In this document: positions 28,485 to 37,715 of the stretch, in pieces
Position numbering within the stretch: position 1 is the stretch's first letter
How the letters are laid out: each line of letters starts with the position of its first letter
NCBI GenBank assembly: GCA_964632795.1
Contig: CAZWEZ010000006.1
Location: 1 to 61,859, forward strand
DNA from: an uncultured Thalassospiraceae bacterium
GTDB lineage: Bacteria > Pseudomonadota > Alphaproteobacteria > Rhodospirillales > 2-02-FULL-58-16
DNA: 61,859 bases
Reading direction: 5' to 3'
The notes under the pieces: generated by a model
The model's input: only the letters and a program-made list of their open reading frames with translations
Database searches by the model: none
Told to the model about the DNA's origin: nothing
Program-made: the position numbers and the translations under genes

Positions 28485-29900
28485 GGCGAACCGCACGTAG
28501 TCGAAATCCGGCGGCTGGCCGTTGATGCCGCGCGCCGGCGGGGCGATCCAGTTGGCCATCCGGCCCGGCTCGGTGACCGCGCCGCCCATCAGCGAGCGGA
28601 CGTAGGCGCGGTCTTCCCCGGTGGGCAGCCAGGAATCCACGTTGGCCGCCCATTCGCCGTCCGACACGAGGCGCCCGTCGGGCGACACGTTGGCCCCGGC
28701 GAAGGCGCCGATGGCGCGATTGAAGCCCCGGTGGGGCAACTCCAGGCGGGTCTCGATGCCATGCTCGGCGATGACCTTGTTCCATTTGCCGACGCCGCGC
28801 GCGCAGTCCTCGATATAGGCCTCGCGCAGGGACTCGTTGAGGCCGATCAGGGCCGGGCGTTCGACGGTGGAGATGCGCCCGTCGACGACCTCGGGCAGCT
28901 CGCGCACGGCGTCCTCCAGCAGGTGGTCGTCGTTGATCGCCGTCTCCTTGTAGCGGCCCTTGAGGCCGAGCGTGTAGTAGTTGGCGCTGTTGGTCGAGGA
29001 CTCCTGGCCAAACAGGTCCAGCGACAGGCTGTAATGGAAGTTGAGGTGCTTCTGGATGGTCGCCAGGTCGATGACCCCGTGCTTGCGCGCGTCGTCGGTC
29101 TTTTCGTCGCCCATCACCTCGCAGCAGCGCCGGACGATGCGCCCGACCCCGGTCTCGCCGACGAACATGTGGTGGGCTTCCTCGGTCAGCATGAAGCGGC
29201 AGCTCCGCGACAGCGGGTCGAAGGCGGATTCGGCCAGCGACGCCAACTGGTACTTGCCGTCGCGGTCGGTGAAGAAGGTGAACATGTAGAACGACAGCCA
29301 GTCCGGGGTCGGTTCGTTGAAGGCGTCGAGAATGCGCGGCCGGTCGGCATCTCCCGAGTGGCGCTCCAGCATGGCGTCGGCCTCCTCGCGGCCGTCGCGC
29401 CCGAAGTGGGCGTGCAGCAGGTAGACCATGGCCCACAGGTGGCGGCCCTCCTCGACGTTGACCTGGAACAGGTTGCGCAGGTCGTACAGCGACGGACAGC
29501 TCTTGCCCAGGTGGCGCTGCTGCTCGACCGAGGCCGGTTCGGTGTCGCCCTGGGTGACGATCAGCCGGCGCAGCGGGGCGCGGTACTCGCCGGGCACCTC
29601 CTGCCACGCCGGCTCGCCCTTGTGGATCCCGAAGTTGACCCGGCGGTCCTCTTCGGGCGCACTCAGGAAGATGCCCCAGCGGTAGTCGGGCATTTGCACG
29701 TGGCCGAAGTTGGCCCAGCCGCCGGGCTCGACGCTGATCGCCGTGCGCAGGTAGACCTCATGGGCCTGGCTGCCCTCCGGCCCCAGCTCCCGCCACCACT
29801 CCAGGAACCCCGGCTGCCAGGCCTCCAGCGCCCGTTGCAGGCGGCGGTCGTCGGCCAGCCCGACGTTGTTGGGAATCTTGTCGGCGTAATCGATGGTCAT
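28482..29900 (-). CDS. boxB: Benzoyl-CoA 2,3-epoxidase subunit B
   Basis: IPNNVGL.DDRRLQRALEAWQP, YRWGIF, QGDTEPASVEQQ, di-iron ExxH motifs EEGRH and EEAHH. Confidence 0.96.
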   Translation of the reverse strand: MTIDYADKIPNNVGLADDRRLQRALEAWQPGFLEWWRELGPEGSQAHEVYLRTAISVEPGGWANFGHVQMPDYRWGIFLSAPEEDRRVNFGIHKGEPAWQEVPGEYRAPLRRLIVTQGDTEPASVEQQRHLGKSCPSLYDLRNLFQVNVEEGRHLWAMVYLLHAHFGRDGREEADAMLERHSGDADRPRILDAFNEPTPDWLSFYMFTFFTDRDGKYQLASLAESAFDPLSRSCRFMLTEEAHHMFVGETGVGRIVRRCCEVMGDEKTDDARKHGVIDLATIQKHLNFHYSLSLDLFGQESSTNSANYYTLGLKGRYKETAINDDHLLEDAVRELPEVVDGRISTVERPALIGLNESLREAYIEDCARGVGKWNKVIAEHGIETRLELPHRGFNRAIGAFAGANVSPDGRLVSDGEWAANVDSWLPTGEDRAYVRSLMGGAVTEPGRMANWIAPPARGINGQPPDFDYVRFA

Positions 29901-29904
29901 GATG

Positions 29905-31539
29905 TCAGATTCTGTTGCGGTCGTACTCGGGCTTGCGGCCCGATCCGTAGAGCTTCAGCGCCCCGGTCTCGCCGATCGCGTTGGGGCGCTGGAAGATCCA
30001 GTTCTGCCAGGCGCTGAGGCGGCCGAAGATCTTGGTCTCCATGGTCTCCGGGCCGGCGAAGCGCAGGTTGGCCTCCAACCCGGTCATGGCGTCGGGCGAC
30101 CGGCCGGCCCGTTCCTCGACGGCAACCCGGACCTCGTCGTCGAAGTCGATGTCGTCAGGCGCGAAGGTGACCAGGCCCAGCTCCTCGGCGGTCATGGCGT
30201 CCAGTGGGCCGCCGATCTCGGCGCCCAGGTCCTCGACGCGCCCGGGCTCGGCCAGGAAGCGGGTGGCGAGGCGGCTCAGGCCGTTGGCCATCGCCAGGGG
30301 GCCGAAGTTCATCCCGCTCAGGCACAGGGTCGGCGGCGGCGAGCCGCCGTCGAGCATGAAGCTCTGGTCGGCCGCCAGCAGAAGCTCCAACAGGGTGCCG
30401 GTGAAGCAGCTCCCCGGCCCGGCCAGCGCGATCAGGCTGCGCGAGGTGACGTCGAGGCGCTTGAGGACCCGCTTCAGGTAGAGCACGATCTCGCGGACCA
30501 GCCAGTCGTCGATGTTGGCCAGCAGCGCCGCGTCGGCGGCCGCCACGTGCTCGGCCCGGCCCCGGGTCCGCAGCACCCAGATGCCGATGCCCGGTTCGTT
30601 GTGGCGCAGATGCAGGATCGCATCCTCCATCTGACGGGCCATGGCCAGCGGCCAGAACCCGGCCCCGGCGGCGTGGATCGCCGAGACCTCGGCGGGCGGC
30701 GGCGCCTGGGGTCCCAGCACCGTGATCTCGGCCACCCCGCGATCCCGGTCCAGGGCCACGGCGAGGTGGTCGTAAGTCAAGGAGTCGGCCTCGACGGCGC
30801 GCTTCAGCGGGCTCAGCACGATGCCCTCGGCGTGCCGCGGGCGGTCCGATTGCCCGGCCCGTTCCAGGGCCGCCTCACGGGTCCTGTCGATCAGCTTGGA
30901 GCGCGGCACCAGCTCGTCGACCAGGCCCCACTCGAGCGCCCGTTTGCCCTTGATCCCCTCGACCGTGTTGCAGAAGAAGTCGGCCCGGTCGCGGCGCACC
31001 TTGCGCTTGTCGACCAGCCGGGTCAGGCCGCCGGTGCCCGGCAGCACCGCCAGCAGGGGGACCTCGGGCAGCGACACCGCGGTCGAGCCGTCATCGGCCA
31101 TCACGATGTGGTCGCACGCCATGGCCAGCTCGTAGCCGCCCCCGGCCGCGATACCGTTGATGGCGCACAGGTAGACCTGGCCGGAATGGGCGGTGGCGTC
31201 CTCGATGGCGGTGCGGGTCTCGTTGGTGAACTTGCAGAAGTTGACCTTGGCGCCGTGGCCGGCGGCGCCCAGCATGGCGATGTTGGCGCCGGCGCAGAAC
31301 ACCCGCTGGCGGGCCGAGGAGATGATCACCGCGCCGACCTCCGGGTGCTCGAAGCGCAGCCGCTGGACGGCGTCGTTGAGCTCGATGTCTACCCCCAGGT
31401 CGTAGGAATTGAGCTTGAGCGCGTATCCCGGCTCCAGACCGCCGTCCTCGGCGACCTCCAGGCTCAACGTCGCCACCGGCCCGTCGATCGACAGTTTCCA
31501 GTGGCGGTAGCGCTCGGGAGCGGTCTCGAAGTCGATCAT
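29905..31539 (-). CDS. boxC: 2,3-epoxybenzoyl-CoA dihydrolase
   Basis: IDFETAPERYRHWKL, LKLNSYDLGVDIEL.DAVQRLRFEHPEV, KIFGRLSAWQNWIFQRPNA. Confidence 0.96.
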   Translation of the reverse strand: MIDFETAPERYRHWKLSIDGPVATLSLEVAEDGGLEPGYALKLNSYDLGVDIELNDAVQRLRFEHPEVGAVIISSARQRVFCAGANIAMLGAAGHGAKVNFCKFTNETRTAIEDATAHSGQVYLCAINGIAAGGGYELAMACDHIVMADDGSTAVSLPEVPLLAVLPGTGGLTRLVDKRKVRRDRADFFCNTVEGIKGKRALEWGLVDELVPRSKLIDRTREAALERAGQSDRPRHAEGIVLSPLKRAVEADSLTYDHLAVALDRDRGVAEITVLGPQAPPPAEVSAIHAAGAGFWPLAMARQMEDAILHLRHNEPGIGIWVLRTRGRAEHVAAADAALLANIDDWLVREIVLYLKRVLKRLDVTSRSLIALAGPGSCFTGTLLELLLAADQSFMLDGGSPPPTLCLSGMNFGPLAMANGLSRLATRFLAEPGRVEDLGAEIGGPLDAMTAEELGLVTFAPDDIDFDDEVRVAVEERAGRSPDAMTGLEANLRFAGPETMETKIFGRLSAWQNWIFQRPNAIGETGALKLYGSGRKPEYDRNRI

Positions 31540-31691
31540 TCGCCCCCCTTCGGCTGTTTATAGGTAAAACGGTACCGAATTATGTTTTAATATCTGGCGA
31601 TCCTTTCCGCCGAATCAAGGTCAACCGGGGAATTGCCTTGGCCCCGTCCTTCATGCAAGGTTGCCCCCCCGGATGAAGACGGAGGGAAACC

Positions 31692-32771
31692 GTGGAGTCG
31701 TCGCTGTTGCTGGGTGTCGTCGCCATCGCCGCCGTGGTGGTGGCGGTGCTGGTTTTCCTGCGAACCGGCGGGGGGGGGCGCGGCGACGGCGCCCTGGCCG
31801 AGCTGGCCCGGCTCGCCCGGAGCGCCGAGAATCTGGCGGCGACCCAGTCGGAGCTGGTCGGGCGCCTGCAGCAGACCCAGACCGGGGTCAACGAGCGCCT
31901 GGACGCGCTGGCCAAGCGGCTCGGCGACAGCCTGGGCGAGCAGACCGAGAAGACGGGCCGGAGCCTCAACGAGCTCAACCAGCGCCTGGCCGTCATCGAC
32001 CGCGCGCAGAGCAACCTCAAGGAGCTTTCCGACCAGGTGGTGGGGCTTCAAGACATCCTGTCCAACAAACAGGCGCGGGGCGCCTTCGGCCAGACCCAGA
32101 TGGAGAGCCTGGTCCGCGACGCCCTGCCGCCCTCGGCCTACAAGTTCCAGGCCAAGCTGTCCAACGGCCGGGTCGCCGACTGCCTGCTCGCCATGCCCAA
32201 CCCGCCGGGACCCATCGTCATCGACTCCAAGTACCCCTTGGAGCGCTACCAGGACTACCTCGCGGCCGACGACGAGGCGGCCCGGACCAAGGCCGCCAAG
32301 GCCTTCGCCGCCGACGTCCTGTATCACATCAAGAACATCCAGGAACGCTACATCGTCCCCGGCGAGACCGCCGAGTCGGGCCTCATGTTCCTGCCGTCGG
32401 AAGCGGTCTACGCCGAGCTCCACGCCAACTTCCGCGGGGTCATCGAGGAGTCGTTCCGGCGCCGGGTGTGGATCGTCTCGCCGACCACCCTGTGGGCGAC
32501 GCTCAATACCCTGCGCGCGGTGCTCAAGGACGCCCGGATGCGCGAGCAGGCCGGGGTGATCCAGGCCGAGGTGGCCAACCTGCTCAAGGACATCTCCCGC
32601 CTGGACGAGCGGGTCGGCAAGCTGCAAACCCACTTCGAGCTGGCCTCCGAGGACATCCGCCTGATCCGCATCTCGACCGAAAAGGTCGCCAAGCGCGGCG
32701 AGCGGGTCGAGGAGCTGGAGCTGGGCGAAGCCCAGACCGCCAGCGACCTGCCGCCGCCCGAGGAGGGGTGA
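31692..32771 (+). CDS. rmuC: DNA recombination protein RmuC
   Basis: N-terminal TM and coiled coil; NKQARGAFG, IDSKYPLE, MFLPSEAVY, SPTTLWATL. Confidence 0.95.
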   Translation: MESSLLLGVVAIAAVVVAVLVFLRTGGGGRGDGALAELARLARSAENLAATQSELVGRLQQTQTGVNERLDALAKRLGDSLGEQTEKTGRSLNELNQRLAVIDRAQSNLKELSDQVVGLQDILSNKQARGAFGQTQMESLVRDALPPSAYKFQAKLSNGRVADCLLAMPNPPGPIVIDSKYPLERYQDYLAADDEAARTKAAKAFAADVLYHIKNIQERYIVPGETAESGLMFLPSEAVYAELHANFRGVIEESFRRRVWIVSPTTLWATLNTLRAVLKDARMREQAGVIQAEVANLLKDISRLDERVGKLQTHFELASEDIRLIRISTEKVAKRGERVEELELGEAQTASDLPPPEEG

Positions 32772-33535
32772 TGGCCGATCCGTTTTCGCTGGATGGACGG
32801 TGCGCCCTGGTCACCGGCGCCGGGCGCGGGCTGGGGCTGGAGATGGCCAGGGGACTGGCCCGGGCCGGGGCCGATGTCTACCTCAACGGGCGCGACCCGG
32901 AGACCCTGTCGAAAGCCGTCGCGGCCATCCGCGAGTTCGGCGGCCGGGCGGCGCCCCTGGCCTTCGACGTCACCGACCGCGAGGCGGCGCAGGCGGCCCT
33001 GGCGACGATCGTCGCCGCCGACGGCGGGCTGGACATCCTGGTCAACAACGTCGGCACCCGGGACCGCCGGGAACTGCTGGACTTCGACGCCGAGGCGGTG
33101 CGCCGGATGATGGAGACCAACCTGGTGGCGCCCTTCATGCTGGCCCAGGAAGCGGCCCGTCTCATGATCCCGCGCAGATCGGGGCGGATCGTCAACGTGA
33201 CCTCGATCGCCGGCCCCATCGCGGCCGGCGGCGACGCCGCCTACACCGCCTCGAAGGGTGGGCTGGAGGCGTTGACCCGCGCCCAGGCCGCCGCCCTCGG
33301 GCCGCACGGGATCACGGTCAACGCCGTCGCCCCCGGTTTCTTCGCCACCGAGGCCAACCGCAAGATGGTGGACGACCGATCGATCGCCGACTGGCTGGCC
33401 CAACGCACCTCGCTCGGCCGCTGGGGACGGCCCGAGGAGATCGCCGGGGCGGTGGTGTTCCTGGCCTCCGATGCCGCCTCCTACGTGACCGGCCAGGTGA
33501 TCGTCGTCGACGGCGGCCACGTCACCCATTTCTAG
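32771..33535 (+). CDS. SDR family oxidoreductase (gluconate 5-dehydrogenase-like)
   Basis: TGAGRGLG, ILVNNVG, YTASK, RWGRPEEIAG. Start at ATG 32771. Confidence 0.92.
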   Translation: MADPFSLDGRCALVTGAGRGLGLEMARGLARAGADVYLNGRDPETLSKAVAAIREFGGRAAPLAFDVTDREAAQAALATIVAADGGLDILVNNVGTRDRRELLDFDAEAVRRMMETNLVAPFMLAQEAARLMIPRRSGRIVNVTSIAGPIAAGGDAAYTASKGGLEALTRAQAAALGPHGITVNAVAPGFFATEANRKMVDDRSIADWLAQRTSLGRWGRPEEIAGAVVFLASDAASYVTGQVIVVDGGHVTHF

Positions 33536-33645
33536 GACTTGGGGCACCGATGTCCGCTGAATGCTTGAAAGCAGACCTCAGGTGCGAGTTTCCGTCACTT
33601 ACGGGTATAGCCAACAGCGGTCATTGAGCTGGCTCAACATTTTTC

Positions 33646-33674
33646 TTGAGATTGTGGATCGATAGGTATATAAT
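33646..33674 (+). promoter_or_regulatory. Near-consensus sigma70 promoter TTGAGA-17-TATAAT
   Basis: -35 at 33646-33651, 17-bp spacer, -10 at 33669-33674. Confidence 0.8.
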
Positions 33675-33680
33675 ACACAG

Positions 33681-33821
33681 AAACCTACGTATGTGACACC
33701 AATTGTTCCCGGCCATGGAATCTTTTATAAAATGGGATGTCAGATCCATTTAATTGGATCTCAGAAGTCTCCAGACTTCAAAATTTTACAGCCCCGCCAT
33801 TTTCATTGGCGGGGCTTTTTT
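33681..33821 (+). ncRNA. Candidate ~140-nt small RNA
   Basis: Bounded by the promoter and terminator; hairpins at 33742-33761 and 33764-33779; no RBS-bearing ORF inside. The 5' end is estimated from the -10 element. Confidence 0.55.
33790..33821 (+). terminator. Intrinsic terminator
   Basis: AGCCCCGCCA-TTTTCAT-TGGCGGGGCT followed by a T run. Confidence 0.85.
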
Positions 33822-33904
33822 GGGGGCGAGGAGAGATCGTCCCACCCCTCCTTGCCTGATGCCGGGAAAACCGCAAACCATTCCAACGACAGCCTGGGTC
33901 ACGA

Positions 33905-33972
33905 GCGGCTGTCACCGCCCCACCAGTGCCAGTTCCGTTCACCATCCTGAAGCTGACGAAACCCATCGGAAA
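33905..33972. repeat. 68-bp direct repeat, copy 1
   Basis: Ungapped 59/68 identity to 34691-34758. Confidence 0.85.
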
Positions 33973-34258
33973 CGAACGCAAGCGTGTTCATGTGTTTCTG
34001 CACAGTGCCAAAGAGCGTTTCTGTTCACCACAGCTACAAAAGCATACCGTCCATGGCCAGATTGGCAGCCAAAATGGTAATAAAAAACATGACGCTCAAA
34101 TTCGCTCGCTGTGAGGCGCTAGCTTGCTTGCGGCGATGTGATGGCTGGTGGTGTTGAGATTGCTCTGATGAGCGGATATGAGTGTTTGAGAATTAGCTAT
34201 TGAAAAAAGCTGGCTAGTGTGAAAGATTGCCGCAGCTTTTTGTTAATGGAGGTTCAAT

Positions 34259-34636
34259 ATGACACTCAAGCTGGTTCGCAGAAAGAAGGTGAAGGCTGCT
34301 GCTGGGCGTAAGAAGAAAAGTGAGATGGAAAAGTTTGCTGATGCGATCGATGTTCAGATACGCATAGCAAACGGCGAGACGGTTAAGCAGGGGCGTGGCA
34401 CGGCCAGGAGTTGGATGGAAGATGGTTCAGCCTTTGGCGTCAAGAAGGTTCTGAATGCCAGGGTAGGCAAGACCTCGCTTTATCCCAAGTCAGCATACAC
34501 GGTAGATATGAAGCAGCCAAAGCCGCCAATGAACGAATTGAGGGAACTGAAGGAGGCGGTGCTGGTTGGCAAACTCAACAACAGGATTTATGCCATCTTG
34601 CGTAAGCAAAAGAAGAGGGGCGCTGCTAAGAAGTAG
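34259..34636 (+). CDS. Basic (Lys/Arg-rich) small protein, DUF6641-like
   Basis: GGAGG RBS. LKLV..., AIDVQIRIANGE...RSW, and ELKEAVLVGKLN resemble, from memory, the DUF6641 pattern (EQI.LA..R.W...LK.AV.AGELD). Confidence 0.7.
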   Translation: MTLKLVRRKKVKAAAGRKKKSEMEKFADAIDVQIRIANGETVKQGRGTARSWMEDGSAFGVKKVLNARVGKTSLYPKSAYTVDMKQPKPPMNELRELKEAVLVGKLNNRIYAILRKQKKRGAAKK

Positions 34637-34690
34637 GGCTATTGGCGTCCCGCGTGAGCAACTTCAGCTCAAGGTCAAACAAGGTCAACT

Positions 34691-34758
34691 GCGGCTGTCA
34701 CCGCCCCATCACCGCCAGGTCTGCTCACCACCCTGAAGCTGACGAAACCCGTGGGAAA
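34691..34758. repeat. 68-bp direct repeat, copy 2
   Basis: Matches 33905-33972; conserved GCGGCTGTCACCGCCCCA and CCTGAAGCTGACGAAACCC blocks. Confidence 0.85.
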
Positions 34759-35021
34759 GCTGGCATCCAGGCTTGAACGTCGGCTTGCTGTAGGAAACCG
34801 GCCGTGCTCTGTGATAGCCTGGAACCGCCGCTGACAACCACAAGTGGGCATATTGCCGGCTAGCAAGCAGCAGCGGGGGCTCGATTGCCTGTAACCGTCG
34901 CCAGTGAACCACATGTTTTCCGTACACCCTGAACGGCAGCCGGATCAGGCTTTTTCTTGAATCCCATTCGGACCAACATGGGAAATGTACCGATCAATGG
35001 GCACCGGCCGGGGAGAATTCG

Positions 35022-35795
35022 ATGGACCGCGAGCGCGTTATTGATCTCTGCAAGGGGGATTTCGGGATAGAATCCCTCAAGTCGGTGGCGAGTTACGCTG
35101 CCCCCTTTTTTTGGGTAGCGGATGATGACAACGGCGCGCACAAGATAAACAACGGTTCGATATTTTTCGTTGACGCCTCCGAGGGCCTGTTCGCGATTAC
35201 CGCAAACCACGTCTTTGAGAAATACATTGAGGTAAAAGGGTCATCCTCGAGCATTTACTGCCAGATCGCTCGCAACTGTTTCGACCCAATCGCACGCGAG
35301 ACGATCCCTTTCGAGCCTGAAACCTGCCTGATCGATAAAGATCCCGAAGCGGACATCGCCACCTTTCGCATTTCCGAAGCCGACGTTGAAACCATTGGCG
35401 CTACTGTCCTTACAACGTGGCCGCCCATGGTTCCACAAGAAGGATTGGGCGTTGCCTTCACAGGATATCCTGGCCACGAGCGCCAATTGGTTGGACCCCA
35501 CGAAATTATTTTTACCCCTTTTCCAGCAATAACAATTGCCACCAGTGTCAGTCACCGTTTGATTTCGTGTCAGCTGGAACGCGAGTACGTCGTCGATACG
35601 CCCGGCTTCTCAAAACTGCCATCGGGTTTCGACACAGGAGGATTAAGCGGAGGTCCTCTACTGGTTAACGTCGAGAAAAGCGGAATTTTCTATTGGCGGC
35701 TTGGAGGCGTCATTACCCAGGGCAATCCTGATTTGGAAATCGTCCGCGCTTCCCGAATCGACCATCTCCGTCCTGATGGTACTTTTGCGCGGTAG
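35022..35795 (+). CDS. Trypsin-like serine protease, no signal peptide
   Basis: Catalytic triad motifs ITANHV (His), DIATF (Asp) and GGLSGGP (Ser); GGAG RBS. Confidence 0.85.
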   Translation: MDRERVIDLCKGDFGIESLKSVASYAAPFFWVADDDNGAHKINNGSIFFVDASEGLFAITANHVFEKYIEVKGSSSSIYCQIARNCFDPIARETIPFEPETCLIDKDPEADIATFRISEADVETIGATVLTTWPPMVPQEGLGVAFTGYPGHERQLVGPHEIIFTPFPAITIATSVSHRLISCQLEREYVVDTPGFSKLPSGFDTGGLSGGPLLVNVEKSGIFYWRLGGVITQGNPDLEIVRASRIDHLRPDGTFAR

Positions 35796-35842
35796 GAGTA
35801 CGGGAACCACCGGTCTTCCATGGGGCCGTAAGCGGGGGGCGT

Positions 35843-37300
35843 TCAGCCGGACAGCTTGCGGCGCAGCAGTTCGTTGACCATCCTGGGGTTGGCCTTGCCA
35901 TTGGTGGCCTTCATCACCTGGCCGACCAACCAGCCGATGGTTTTTTCCCTGCCCTCGCGGACCTCTTGCGCTTGGTCCGGGTTGGCGGCGATCGCCGTCT
36001 CGACGGCGGCCTCTATGGCGCCCGCGTCGGTGATCTGGCGCAGGCCCTTCTCCTCGACGATGGCCTCGGCGGCGCGGCCGCTCTCGAACATCACCTCGAA
36101 GACTTCCTTGGCGATCCGCCCGGAGATGGTGCCGTCGGCCATCAGGTCCAACAGCCCGCCCAGGGCCTGGGCCGTAACCGGGCTCTCGGCGATCGGTTTT
36201 CCGGCCTTGTTGAGGGCCCCGAACAGGTTGGAGACGACCCAGTTGGCGGCGCTCTTGGCGTCGCGGCCGGCGGCCGCCGTCTCGAAGAAGTCGGCGGTCT
36301 CGCGCTCCGCCACCAGCACCCCGGCGTCATAGGGCGACAGCCCGTAGTCGGCGATGAAGCGCTGCTTCCTGTCGTCGGGCAGCTCGGGCAGGGTGGCTTT
36401 GATCCCGTCCACGTAGTCCTGGCTCAACACCAGGGGCAGCAGGTCGGGGTCGGGGAAGTAGCGGTAGTCGTGGGCGTACTCCTTGGCCCGCATGGTGCGG
36501 GTCTCGCCCTTGGCCGAATCGAACAGGCGGGTCTCCTGGACCACTTCGCCTCCCGATTCGTAGACCTCGATCTGGCGCTCGGCCTCGCTCTCGATGGCCT
36601 GCATCACGAAGCGCACCGAGTTCAGGTTCTTGATCTCGGTGCGGGTGCGCAACTCCGTCTCGCCGGCCCGGCGCACCGAGACGTTGACGTCGGCGCGCAT
36701 CGAGCCCTGCTCCATGTTGCCGTCGCAGGTCCCGAGGTAACGCATGATCGAGCGCAGCTTGCGCAGGTAGATGCCGGCCTCCTCGGGGCTGCGGATGTCG
36801 GGCATCGAGACGATCTCCATCAGGCACACCCCGCTCCGGTTGAGGTCGATGAAGGTGCGCCTGGGGTCCTGGTCGTGCAGCGACTTGCCGGCGTCCTGCT
36901 CCATGTGCAGGCGTTCGATGCCGACTTCGCGCGTGGCGCCGTCGGGCAAATCGAGGATCACCGTGCCGCGGCCGACGATGGGGTGGTAGAGCTGGGAGAT
37001 CTGGTAGCCCGCCGGGAGGTCGGCGTAGAAGTAGTTCTTGCGGTCGAATACGCTCCTGAGGTTGATCTCGGCCTTGAGCCCGAGCCCGGTGCGGACCGCC
37101 TGCTCGATGCACTTCTCGTTGATCACCGGCAGCATCCCGGGCAGCGCCGCGTCGACCAGCGAGACCTGGGTGTTGGGCGCCGCCCCGAAGGCGGTCGCAG
37201 CCCCCGAGAACAGCTTGGCCGCGGAGACCACCTGGGCGTGGACCTCGAGCCCGATCACCATCTCCCAGTCGCCGCTCTCGCCCTGGATCAGATAGGCCAT
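35843..37300 (-). CDS. gatB: Asp/Glu-tRNA amidotransferase subunit B
   Basis: [44 protein letters not shown]. Confidence 0.98.
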   Translation of the reverse strand: MAYLIQGESGDWEMVIGLEVHAQVVSAAKLFSGAATAFGAAPNTQVSLVDAALPGMLPVINEKCIEQAVRTGLGLKAEINLRSVFDRKNYFYADLPAGYQISQLYHPIVGRGTVILDLPDGATREVGIERLHMEQDAGKSLHDQDPRRTFIDLNRSGVCLMEIVSMPDIRSPEEAGIYLRKLRSIMRYLGTCDGNMEQGSMRADVNVSVRRAGETELRTRTEIKNLNSVRFVMQAIESEAERQIEVYESGGEVVQETRLFDSAKGETRTMRAKEYAHDYRYFPDPDLLPLVLSQDYVDGIKATLPELPDDRKQRFIADYGLSPYDAGVLVAERETADFFETAAAGRDAKSAANWVVSNLFGALNKAGKPIAESPVTAQALGGLLDLMADGTISGRIAKEVFEVMFESGRAAEAIVEEKGLRQITDAGAIEAAVETAIAANPDQAQEVREGREKTIGWLVGQVMKATNGKANPRMVNELLRRKLSG

Positions 37301-37708
37301 CTAGAGAAAGTCCCCCATACTCGCACCATAGTACCTTGAAGCATCCATATCTTTTCCACCGCGCCCGAACAATAAACGACGGGACGATAGGTCCACTTCG
37401 GCAACCCTGATGTTGGGATGGGTGTAATCAGTATACGTGTCCGGATCATAATAAATGGCCCGCATCACATCGATCGGGAAAACAAAAAAACGTGTAGCGT
37501 CACCACAAATCCAAACTTCGAAATTCGCGGTCAACGTGTTGGGATTGATATTGAACGAATAGACCGTTCCTCTTGACTTCGGGGACGACCGATACCTGAC
37601 GTGGACGATTGCACCTCCAACCCGCCATTTTGCTTTCGGCATAGGGATTGGTTTGTTCCCCTTGGAAATCGCTGCGAGAACCTTGGTCTTGATTTCGATG
37701 GCGTTCAT
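37301..37708 (-). CDS. Hypothetical protein inserted in the gat operon
   Basis: AT-richer ORF with a GAGG RBS; its stop TAG directly abuts the gatB ATG. Alternative start at 37729. Confidence 0.7.
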   Translation of the reverse strand: MNAIEIKTKVLAAISKGNKPIPMPKAKWRVGGAIVHVRYRSSPKSRGTVYSFNINPNTLTANFEVWICGDATRFFVFPIDVMRAIYYDPDTYTDYTHPNIRVAEVDLSSRRLLFGRGGKDMDASRYYGASMGDFL

Positions 37709-37715
37709 TGCAGCC

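Noticed and set aside
31563-31590. dif-like site (TTATGTTTTAA resembles a XerD arm)
   Set aside because: No XerC arm at the correct 6-bp spacing; more likely part of the boxC/rmuC promoter.
33947-33963. Hammerhead ribozyme core (CTGA...CGAAAC) in the 68-bp repeats
   Set aside because: CTGANGA is not followed by a stem II before GAAA, and no closing stems with an NUH site could be built.
33536-35830. Prophage, retron or classical integron interpretation of the island
   Set aside because: No integrase, reverse transcriptase or phage structural gene, and no canonical RYYYAAC..GTTRRRY attC was identified.
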